DNA of 64,000 bases from assembly GCA_030390025.1 (NCBI GenBank), contig CM059433.1, forward strand, positions 12,588,001 to 12,652,000. Direction: 5' to 3'. The notes under the pieces are model-generated. The model made no database searches. It saw only the letters and a list, made by a program, of their open reading frames with translations, and was not told the DNA's origin. Made by a program: the position numbers and the translations under genes. How positions within the stretch are numbered: the stretch's first letter is position 1; each line of letters starts with the position of its first letter. This stretch comes from Squalus acanthias (lineage: Eukaryota). Below are positions 47,305 through 58,123 of the stretch, piece by piece.

Positions 47305-49185
47305 ATGGCGTCCAAGATTCGCGCGCACACTTACGACGGGAAGTGTGCAAGCGCGCCATCTTGGTAAAGTAGTTACTGCGTGCATGCCTGCTGACCACCG
47401 GCAGGATGTAGGGCAGGGAGATAGTGATGTAGATTAGCGTGCAACGCTGATTTGAAGCTACCACTGCCATTTTTGAAGTCCCCACTTAGCCAAATGCCCT
47501 GTCCTTACCTTGCTTAGCAGAACATGATGCTAAATGCGTAAAGGACCAACCGCACCACCCTCACCCTCCCCCCGGTGGTGGTATTTAAAGTGATCATGCA
47601 GGAGTTACAGGTCAGTTGCTGGATTACTTCTAAGCGTTTATGGCTGAGTTATCGGACTATTTAAAGTTTAATTCATCTACAACACAGTGGCATAGTGGTT
47701 AGCACTGGTGCTTCACAGCGCCAGGGACCCGGGTTCGAATCTGACCTCGGGTGACTGTCTGTGTGGAGTTTGCACATTCTCCCCGTGTCTGCGTGGGTTT
47801 GCTCCGGTTTCCTCCCACAGTCCAAAAATGTGTGGGTTAGGTTGATTTGGCTATGATAAATTGACCCTTAGTGTTAGGGGGGATTAAATATGTGGGGTTA
47901 TGGGGATAGGATGGGATATGTTAGGGGGAATTAAATACGCGGGGATAGGGTGGGATAGGTGCAGGCTTGATGTGGGGATTCGGTGTGAGAAAGCAGGGAC
48001 AGGGTACTGGATTTGGATGATCAGCCATGATCGTATTGAATGGTGGAGCAGGCTCGACGGGCCGAATGGCCTACTCCAGTTTCTATGTTTCTAGGAGGTA
48101 TGGCTGCTCTTGTAGTGCTGCTACTGTTATCCCCTTCACGCATTATTTTCCTCAGACATGGATGGCCTGCTAGGCCTACCTCTCGGAATAGAACATGACT
48201 GGGAGCATAAAGGAAGACACCACAGAGCAGGACAAGCTGCCAGAAGAGGGAGGAGGAGGAGTAGGTGGAAGAGAGATGGCAACCTTGGCTGTCACTATCT
48301 GCCAGGGCTCTACAAGAACAGCTCATTGAGGAGCACGTCCACCGACCTCAAATAGACCTCCCCATTCACCAGCACTGTCACTCACCTTTCCTATTTCAAT
48401 AACCATCACGTTGCCCTCTTTCTGTCAACACTTATTGGTATCTCCCTTACTTGACTGAAGACATAAAAATGAACACCAAATGCACATTCAAATCATAATT
48501 TATTGAAATAACCATTGCAGAATGCGAACAAAGTAAAACTAATCACCCTTGTGCATTCCCTTAGTGCCTATATTTTGTCTTCCTTTCCATATCCTGGTGC
48601 TTCCCCAGTGGCTGGAGCTTGGGTGGTGGAAGGCTGCTGAGCTTCATTGAGGAGACTGCAGATGGCTTGGAAGATGATCTCGAGCGGCTGTGGGCCTAGA
48701 AAGCCCGGCTGCAGACTGCACCATATCGGCCTGGGCAGCAGCAGTCTGGGCTGGCTGGAAGGCAACAGCAAGGGCACCGGCAGAGTGGCAGGGGTGGGAG
48801 CATGATTGCTGTCACCCTGAGAGAGAACGACAGGTAGCTGTCCCATGCAGCCACTGCCACTTTCCCAGGGTGGCGCCTAAGCAGTCCCAGTAATCTGTTG
48901 GACAACAGATTGCTGGACTGCTATGATGCCTTGGAAGCTCCTTTCAACAGTGGTATCCAGAACCACGAGGGCAGTAGTCTGAGCTTCCATTGCAGCAGTT
49001 TGTAAGAGATAGAAGCTGTCAGATTTGTCATGAGCCCTCACGGTGGGTTCCACAGGTGTACTGATCAAGGTGACCAACCATTCCACCTCGGAAAGGATGG
49101 GCTCCAAGCTTTCCGCAAAGCCCTGCACCAAGTTGGACTCGACTCCTCCATGTTCCTTGACATTATGTGTAGGCTTTCCAGTTGC
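47305..49185. mobile_element. Internally deleted Harbinger element: fused transposase N/C-terminal remnants (+) and C-terminal part of the accessory ORF (-)
   Basis: Donor CAG|GTCAGT ~47610 and acceptor TTTTCCTCAG at 48155 sit directly before ATG 48158 (MDGLLGLPLG...RRGRRR). A shifted frame at 48295 reads LSARALQEQLIEEH. Convergent ORFs 48568-49131 are on the minus strand. Confidence 0.55.
47682..48093 (+). mobile_element. HE1-type V-SINE joined to a longer CR1 3' UTR
   Basis: Head and V-domain match 15740-16054. From ~47985 the sequence matches the CR1 3' end (compare 22073-22191). Confidence 0.85.
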
Positions 49186-49650
49186 GCCGCGGTATTACAG
49201 GCTTCCCTCCCCTGATTAAAGGGGAGGGGCCGAGCGCAGCGCGCACCGGGGCCCTGATGGACCACCGGGGAGCGGGGTGCCGCGTGACCGATCGCGGCTG
49301 GCACCCCGCATGAGGAAGCGAAAGGGGGCAGGTGCTGGCAAGCGGCCCAAAGAAAAAGGCCGCCCGGCACCTGCCCTTTAATTTGCGCCAACGTGGCCGC
49401 TAAAACGCCACCCTGACCCTGTCGGTCAGGGGGTACAACTGAAGTTTGTGGCTGGGGCGCGAGCAGGGCGTTGCGCACGGTGATGACGTCATCGCTGGAG
49501 GCGCAGCACCACAGGGCACTACCGGCTACTGCTGCCGCTAACCTCCCACTGAATTTTGCGGGAGGCATTAGCGGTGTCCCGCCCAGGCGCTAGGGGCTTT
49601 GCACCCCGTTAGCGCCCGCCCGGGGCGCTAACGAGAGGCGCGAATCAACC
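49185..49650. mobile_element. GC-rich Harbinger-type MITE (family of 6155-6674), termini truncated
   Basis: Colinear with 6205-6662 (CGCCGCGGTA..TTAAAGGGGAGGG..GGCAGGTGCTGGCA..GGCGCTAACG). Confidence 0.75.
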
Positions 49651-50152
49651 CACTCACTTAACCTATCTATATTGCTTTGTGTCCTTCTCACAACTTGCTT
49701 TCCCACCTATCTTTGTATCGTTAGCAAATTTGGCTACAGTATACTCGGTCCCTTCATCCAAGTCATTAATATAGATTGTAAATAGTTGAGGCCCCAGCAC
49801 TGATCCCTGTGGCACCCCACTAGTTACAGTTTGCCAACCTGAAAATTACCCATTTATCCCGACTCTCTGTTTTCTGTTAGTTAGCCAATCCTCTATCCAT
49901 GCTAATATATTACCCCCAACACCATGAGCTCTTATCTTGTGCAGTAACCTTTTATGCGGCACCTTATCACATGCCTTTTGGATATCCAAATACATTACAT
50001 CTACTGGTTCCCCTTGATCCAAACTGCTCGTTACATCCTCAAAGAACTCTAATAAATTTGTCAAACATAATTTCCCTTTCATAAAACCATGTTGACTCTG
50101 CTTGATTGTATGATGATTTTCTAAATGTCCTGCTACTACTCCCTTAATAATT
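49650..50152 (-). mobile_element. CR1 RT fragment
   Basis: ORF 49846-50082. Closely similar to 25800-26290. Confidence 0.92.
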
Positions 50153-50458
50153 TAGCTCCAGCCCTACAACCCTCCATGATCGCAGCGCTCCTCCAATTCT
50201 GGGCTCTTGTGCATTCCCGATTTTTACTGCTTCTCCACTGGCTGCTGTGCCTTCAGCTGTCTAAGCCCGAAGCTCTGGAATTCCCTCCCTAAACCTCTCT
50301 ACCACTCCATCTCTCTTTCCTGCTTGAAGATGCTCCTTAAAACCTACCTCTGTGACCACCTGTGCTAATATTTACTATACGGCTCAGTGTCAAATCTTGT
50401 TTGATAATACTCCTGTGAAACGTTAAAGGCGCTATATAAATGCAAGTTGTTGTTGTTG
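50153..50458 (+). mobile_element. L2 3' end
   Basis: CTCCAGCCCTACAACCCT...GGCGCTATATAAATGCAAG(TTG)n. Confidence 0.88.
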
Positions 50459-50664
50459 CTCCTCCACCAGTTGCAGTCTGCTGCCTCCTGATATGCGCCA
50501 CCTTCTTCTGCAAGAAAGAAGGAAGTGTGTTAGCGAGTGCTCTGTGATATGCCTGTGTGATGTGGCAGTCATGGTTGAACAGCTGGCAGTCTGTGCGTGA
50601 GATGTGAGTTGTGGCTGTTAATACTTCTGTAGTTCTGAGTGTGTGAGGGTGAGGTCATCTCTCG

Positions 50665-51880
50665 TAATCTCATGTGTGGTATCTTTTCAAAGAATTTCTG
50701 AAAGTCCATGTATGCCAAATCCACTGTCTTTTCCCCATCCGCCATATCTGTCACCTGCTCAAAGAACTCGATTAAATTTGTTAACCACAATCTTCCTTTC
50801 TGAAATCCATGTTGGCCGCATCTAATTATTTTCTCTTCATATAGATATTTATTAATTCCATCTTTAATTAAAGATTCCAAAATTTTTGCTACCGCAAGAA
50901 TTAAACCAACTGGCCTGTAATTACCTGGGTTAACTCTGTCTTTCCTTTTTGAAAATGAGTGTTACATTGGCCACTTTCCAGTCCTCAGGCACACATTCAC
51001 GCTCAATAGAACTCTGAAATATAGGGCCTCCACCAATGTTCTCTTTAAGCCGCCCAGTTGTCTGGAGCTCCCGTGTGGGCCACTTGCCAGCTTTACAATA
51101 GGAATAACCGTGCACGCGCAGGAATTAGGGCCGCACGCCCCCCCCAAAAAATTAAAGGGAACATTGGCCTCCACTATTTCTGACCCCATTCCCCTCAGGA
51201 TCGTTGGATGTATCCCATCTAATCCTGGTCGTTTGTCCTCCTTTATCTTAACTAACTTCTCCAATACTTTCATTTTGTTTATTATACTGTCGCTCGCCTA
51301 GTTTTTACCCAATTCATAATTTACCAGCTCCCTAATATCCTTTCCTATTGTAAACACTGAATCAAAGTACTTGTTAACTATCCCCGTCAATTCCTGCTTA
51401 GCTTCGACTAACACACACTCTCCTCTCCTCTCAGGGCCCTCACCCCACATTTAACAATTCTGTTTTACTGATATACTTGTAGAATGCTTTATTGTTTTGA
51501 TATTTTTGCTTTCCTTATCTCTTTCTGAATCTCTTATTTTCTTATATTCATTTTTTTTCAGTTAATTATGCACTCTTTAATTTGAGTTTCTTTCTGATCA
51601 CTTTATTTATCCACAACATTCTGAAACATTTGAAGTTGTCACTCTTATATATATATATATATATATTTATTCTGCAATTTTGCGATCTCCTTTTTAAATA
51701 TATCCTATTGTTCATCCTATGTGCCAGTATCTCCTTCCACCTCACTTCAGCCTGCTCACTCCTCATCTTTCTAAAATCTGCCGTTTTCCAATCCGCTACC
51801 CGTGTTTTTGTGTTAACTTTTTCCCTTTCTATTTGGCTCTTAAACATTATCACATGGTCACTGCTCCCAAGGAGTCTAGT
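50665..51880 (-). mobile_element. Old CR1 ORF2 fragment
   Basis: ORFs 50569-50880 (QHGFQKGR..TNLIEFFE), 50930-51273 (PEDWKVANV; PGLDGIHP) and 51566-51853. Confidence 0.85.
51034..51166. mobile_element. 133-bp hAT-type MITE
   Basis: TIR CAATGTTCTCTTTAA / TTAAAGGGAACATTG, with an exact 8-bp TSD GCCTCCAC (51026-51033, 51167-51174). Confidence 0.9.
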
Positions 51881-52094
51881 AATGCCTCTCCCTGGTAGGC
51901 GTACAAATGTACTTCTTGAGGAATGTAAACATTTTAACGTTATTTTAATTGTAGTTGAAATATCACTTCAGCTGTAAAAGCACCCAGACTAGAGCGCTTA
52001 AATGATTATTGCAAAAATAAGTATATAAGTTCACCGTAACTATTTGTAGGAGGCTCCTGCAGAATTCCAGTCCAGACATCTCTGAAATGACATC

Positions 52095-53575
52095 TTATCA
52101 CCAGCAGGCTGGAATTCCCCAGTGGTGCCAGAGGACTGGAGGGTTGTAAATGGGACACCCCTGTTCAAAAAAAGAGGAGAGACATAAACCTGGTAAATAT
52201 AGGCCAGTCAGCGTAACGTCGGTGGTGGGGAAATGTTTAGAGACAATAATCCAGGACGAAATTAATTGGCACTTGGAAAATATATGGGTTAATAAATGAC
52301 AACCAACACGGGTTTGTTGAAGGAAAATCATGTCTGACAAACTTGATTAAGTTCTCAGATGAAATAACAGAGATGATAGTGCAGTTGATGTTGTTCGTAT
52401 GAACTTTCAAAAGGTATTCGATAAAGCGCCACATAATACACCTGTTAGCAAAATTGAAGCCAATAGTATTAAAAGAGGCAGTGGCTGCACGGGTACAACA
52501 TTGGCTAAGAAAGCAGAGAGTAGAGGTGAATGGTTGTCTTTCAGACTGGAGGGACGTATACTGCAGTGTCCCCCAGGGTCGGTATTGGGACCACTATTAT
52601 TTTTGATATATATTAATGACCTGGACTTGGGTAAGTATACAGGGCATCATTTCAAAGTTTGCAGATGACACGAAACTCGGAAATGTAGTAGACAGTGAGG
52701 AGGATAGTAACAGACTTCAGAAGGACATAGGCAGACTGGCGCAATCAGGAGGCACATGGCAGATGAAGTTTATTGCAGAGAAGTGTGAAGTACTGCACGT
52801 GGAAGGAAGAATATGAGAGGCAATGTAAACTAACTGGTATAATTTTAAAGGGGCCGCAGGAACAGAGAGACCTGGGGGTTCACATGCACAAGTCTTTGAA
52901 GGTGGCAGGGCAAGTTGTTATAATCAAGATGTTATAAAAGCATACGGAATCCATGACCTGATAAATAGGGGCTTAGAGTACAAATGCAAGGAAGTTATGC
53001 TAAACCATTATAAATCACTGGTTGGGCCCCAGCTGGAGCATTGTATCCAATTCTGGGCACCACACCTTAGGAAGAATGTCAAGGCCATAGAGAAGGTGCA
53101 GAGATTTACGAGAATGATACCAGGGATGAGGGAGGGACGTCTCTTATGTGGAGAGTCTATAGAAGCTGGGGTTGTTCTCCTTAGTGCAGAGAAGATTAAG
53201 GGAAGATTTAATAGAAGTGTTCAAAATTATGAAGAGTTTTGATAAAGTAAGTAGGAGAAACTGTTTCCACTGGCAGGAGGGTCAGTAACCAGGGGACACA
53301 GATTTACGATAATTAGCAAAAGAACCAGAGGGGAGAGGAGGAGGATTTTTTTAATGCAGCGAGTTGTTATGATCTGGAATGCGCTGCCTGAAAGGGTGGT
53401 GAAAGCAGATTCAGTCGTAACTTTCAAAAGGTAATTGGACAAATACTTGAAAAGGAAAACTTTGCAGGGCTACGGGGAGGGAGCAGAGAAATGGGACTAA
53501 TTGGATCGCTCTTTCAAAGAGCCGGCACAGGCACGTTGGACCGAAAGGCCTCTTTCTGCGCCATAAGATTCTATG
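52095..53575 (+). mobile_element. Degraded CR1 LINE (RT to 3' end)
   Basis: ORFs 52399-52668 ([17 protein letters not shown]), 52616-52816 (FADDTKLG) and 52997-53242, followed by the 3' UTR. Confidence 0.9.
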
Positions 53576-53760
53576 AGGGTGAAATTGGACATGGACAGGG
53601 AGGTAGAACAGGCGGAATCACATTTGCTGATTGTTGTAGGACATGCCCGATTTTGAGTTCTATTGAAGTCAATGGAACTGAATATGGGGCGGAGCGTATA
53701 ACGGTGGGCGGATGCGATACCGCCTGTTCTGTGTCATTGGCCATGTCTAATTTCACCCCC
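53575..53760. mobile_element. Small palindromic MITE (Harbinger-type ends)
   Basis: GGGTGAAATTGGACATGG / CCATGTCTAATTTCACCC, with a central TTCTATTGAAGTCAATGGAA hairpin. Confidence 0.7.
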
Positions 53761-54315
53761 AATGATTCCATATAACATCACCGGCTGCATGTCAGGCAGT
53801 AGACAGATTAAAACCTCACTGGCACTGAGTGTTACAATGCCGATGAAATTCCTCCCACAATGAGAAAAATAATGATTGTCTCAGAATTCTGGAATGCATT
53901 TTAAGTGACCTGTTAATGTTATGTTGTCTCATGTTAGCTTCTTAATATCTATCTGAAACTTTTTCAAAACATCACAGTCTGTTTCTCAAGTAAACATTAC
54001 ACAGACTTTGGACGTGTTGTAAGAATTCTCAATCAGCATCGGCACAAGTTTTCGGTTGTTTCATCAAACTGTGTCTTGAAAGTGACAGATTTTGAAATTA
54101 GCAAATGTGATGGAAACGCTGGATTTCAATTTAGTGTTTCTTGCAGTCCTCTTCGCCTTTGTAGCAGAAAGTACAACACAATTGTTTCTTTTGTCCAAGT
54201 AATCCTGGTCATGTAAATGAGTTTGCAACAGTTTCTCTTCATCGCATTTTGATTTATTGCCAATTTTAAAATTTCAAGCAGAAAACCGTTCAAAACCAGA
54301 GGATACTGCAGGGAC

Positions 54316-54486
54316 ACAAAAGCAAAATACTGCGGATGCTGGAAATCTGAAATAAAAACAGAAAATGCTGGAAATACTCAGCAGGTCAGGCAGCATCTGT
54401 GGAGAGAGAAACAGAGTTAACGTTTCAGGTCGATGACCCTTCGAAGGGTCATCGACCTGAAACGTTAACTCTGTTTCTCTCTCCAC
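54316..54486 (-). mobile_element. Penelope-like terminal fragment ending in an 88-bp perfect palindrome
   Basis: Same family as 377-576. 54399-54486 is a perfect palindrome centred at CCCTTC|GAAGGG. Confidence 0.8.
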
Positions 54487-54829
54487 TGATACTACATGGA
54501 TCTTTTTTTTAAATCTGCACTTTTTATGTAAACTATCTATTGGCTGTACAGCGTCTTACCTGAAGTAAAGTATTTCAGGTGGCACTACCCATCTTTTGCA
54601 TTGTCCCTTCTGGTGAAGGGTGACACCCAAATTGTTGTTTGACCCGATACGCATTCCCTGTTTCAGTTTTCTAACATTTGCGAGTTTTCTTTTCATCTCT
54701 CGTGTTTCACTGAATCCGCAGAACTAGCAGTTCATGGTTTCTGGTGCAGGACACACCATCGTCACCACAATAATTTAGGCTATTATAATGTCTCTAGTGT
54801 AATAAACTATCTCAAGATGCTTCACAGTG

Positions 54830-55665
54830 GCAAAAAAAAAACATAACTTGACACCGTGCTGTAAAAAGAGAAGGGTTAGGGACAAGAACCAAAGGCAAGA
54901 TCAAAGTGATAGGTTTTGAGGAGGCTGGTGAAGGAGGGCAGTGAAGTAGTAAAGTGGTAGGTTCTAGTACTAGCATGCCATTGTGTGGAGCCAACACGCT
55001 GAAGGCTGTGCTGCTGAGGGTGAAATTGGGAGGGGGGAGGGGGTTGCAATGTAGACCATAGTCGGAAGAGTGGAGGGCCTGTGATTCAACATAGGGCTGA
55101 AGGAGGTTTCAGAAGTAGGGAGGGGGCGAGACCAAAGAAAGACTTATAAATAAAGGTAAATACTTTTAAAATTGATATGTTGGGGATGGCAAGCCACTGA
55201 AGGTTGGCAAGGACAGGGTGATAGGGGAGCAGATTTAGTGCAGCATAAGATGCAGGTGGTGGTGTGTCGGACTAGTTGCAGTTTGCGAAGGGTAGAACGA
55301 AGGGGGCCAGTGAGGAGAGCATTGAAGTAAACTGGAGGTTTACCGCAAAGTACTTCAGCGGTAGTAGGTGAGTTGTGGGGGGGCCGAGCCAGTGATGTTG
55401 CTGAGATGGAAATAGGTGGTTTTGGTAAGGTAGAGAGGATGTGGGGTTTGAAGATCAGCTCAGGTTCAAATAGGACACCGATGCTCCACATCGCCAAATT
55501 CAGCCTGAGTGGGCAGGCCAGGGAGAGGAATGAAGTCAGGGATTGAGGGGTGGAGTTTTTGTTGAAAGCCAAACAGCATGGATTTGGTCTTGCCAATATT
55601 GAGTTAAAGCAAGTTCTAGCTTATCCGCTACTTAATGTTGGCTGAAGAGTCAGACAGCACAGTGG
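54830..55665 (-). mobile_element. Old, highly degraded L2 3' region
   Basis: ORF 55144-55596 (IGVLFEPELIFKPHI..., LRKLQLV) and colinearity with 24300-25000. Confidence 0.7.
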
Positions 55666-57922
55666 TGGGCGTTAAAGGTGATGACAATTGTTGCATAAAA
55701 CCTAAAGAACACTTATTAGTTTCCTGTAAAGGAGGCTAATTTATATATTTGTTGGCTGTATGTGTGTGTGGGTAAGCTCAGTTGTGTTAACACAATAAAA
55801 ATGGCAGAAAAATAGAATTTTGCGGTGAGATAGAAAATCTGCTTAAATTATTTTCTCTTTGTGGTAAGTTTTCTTAAATTCAATTAAAAAGAAGTTTATT
55901 GTTCTGGTGGGGGGCAAGTGGGGTGATGTAATTCTGTGCTCATCAAGCTGAAAGATATCAGTGCTGGAAAATAGAAAATCTTTCCTTTTTTTGAAGCCAG
56001 CGTCAGCATCAAGAACTCCCGGGTCAGACACACCAAGTGAAGCTCCCTGCACTCTACCTCACTAGTGCGCTCCCTACTTCTCAACCAAGTTACTTCCTTC
56101 TCCCACAGCAGTCTTCACTGTGGCCACTGAGTCAGGTTGCTAACTTAGCAACAATCCGCTTCTCATTATGTAGAGTTTTGTGTTGTGGACTCCCTCTTAC
56201 TGAAAACTGGATGAAGACTGCCCCAAAGTTATTTCAGTTCGGTCTTTGTGAGAGAGGAGATTTTCTTCACATCAGTCTGGGCTGGCTGGATTCAGAGGCA
56301 GGTTCTACAAGTGGGAGCACAGTGGTTGAACCTGAGGTGCCATCACATCCATACGTACTTTTAAAGTTATTGTGGTTTAACGGCCTAATTTGTCATCTAA
56401 AATAAATAGGAACATAGCAAAGATTAGTGGATGTGCATTTATGAATCCTGCACTTTACTTTGGCCTTATTGAATTTTTGAAGCTAATCTGGATTTACATT
56501 GTTTGTTGCTGAACGTAATAGGATGAAAGACTTCTTAATTCTACCATTTTTGCCCTTTCCCTAATTCATTGCACTCTTATTGCCTTCTGTCATTTTCCTT
56601 TTCTCAGTCGTCTGGTGCATTTCGGTGCTGATTTTCTTTGCTTCCTGCCTTTGCTGATTGCCCCACTTCTGATTTAGTTTTACCTGCCTTCCCATCTCCC
56701 TTCTTCACTGCTATCATTTTATTCCCCCCACTGCAGTTCAATCTTCATTTTTCTCCATTTTTCACTTTCCTCGGTGCCTCAGTTTATACTGATCTCTGTT
56801 CCTTCCCTGCTACCTCCCACTCAATTTCCATTCTCCGCCTTCCTGCTCCTCTATTTGTAAATGTGCAACAACAGAATACATATGGGAGAAGTAACATTAA
56901 ATAATAAATTAACACGGAGCACACAAAGAAAATGGTAAAATTATTCCAGCACAAAATGAAAAAAGAAAAATGTAAAATGGAATATTGCAAAGGGGAGAGA
57001 GTAAAATGTGATCGTATAAGATGTATAAAAATGAATTTTAAAGATGAGGATCAGATTGTAAGAGAAAAAAATTAAAGATAAAATGGAATAATTATAAATA
57101 CAGATTTCATAAGGAAACTAGTAAGATAAGTCTATTGAAGGAATGCTTGAAAAAGCACAAAGAACAATCAGTTCCTTTTTTATTTGCATGCAAGTGTGTT
57201 CAGTATGGGTACAGTTACATGTACCAGCTGTCATGTGTGCGTGCATGCTGGTGTGCATATTTATATAGGTGACATCTGCATGTTGCATTGTGTACTTACT
57301 ATTGTGTATGCTTCTGAGGTCTGTGCCTCTATGCCAGTGTGTGTTGGGTGCTTGTCAGAATGTTATGTATGATCGTGCTGACAGACAGTGCATGCAGAAT
57401 AGTTTTATACTAGTTCTTGAAACAGATGGTCAGATTGACAGTACAGTTTATAAAGAGACACGGTGCGGGGAATGGAGATGGCCTTGCTAGAATTTGATGA
57501 GTTTTTGTGGCGCGGTTTTATAGTTATGACCATTTTTTTTGTATGTGGATTTTCATTGCTGCCCTGCAGAAAGAGAAGAGTCTGTAACATCATAGCCGGC
57601 ATGTGGCAATTAGTGAATTAAGCATGCCAGTGCACTTCAAAGCACCGCTGAGAGTGAGACGTGTGTAAAAGGAAGTCAGCAGGTAGAAGATAGAAGCGAA
57701 TATGATTTCTTCTGGTGCACTTCAATTTTCTGGGCAGTTCAGGAGACAGCAAATGGTATGCTGCAGAAAGAGACTCATAATCAACCGCACTGGTATTTGA
57801 GAAAGAGGACATTTGATAAGAATGAATCTGGGAAAGCACAGATTACATAATCATAGAATGTTACAGCATAGACAGACCATTTGACTCATCAAAGCTGTGG
57901 CTGGGGCTTTTCTCCACATGAG

Positions 57923-58047
57923 CTACCGACTCCAATCCACTCCCCCGTCTACCCCCCACCCCCTACCTACTCCAATCCACTCCCCCGTCTACCCCCCACC
58001 CCCTACCGACTCCAATCCACTCCCCCGTCTACCCCCCACCCCCTACC
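57923..58047. repeat. 40-bp tandem repeat, 3 copies
   Basis: CTACC(G/T)ACTCCAATCCACTCCCCCGTCTACCCCCCACCCC x3, within a decayed CR1 3' end (~57845-58120). Confidence 0.92.
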
Positions 58048-58123
58048 TATAACCTTTAATATTCCTCTTTATCAAGCAACTATCTAATTCCCTTATAAAA
58101 ATAATGATGTACTCTGCTTCAAC

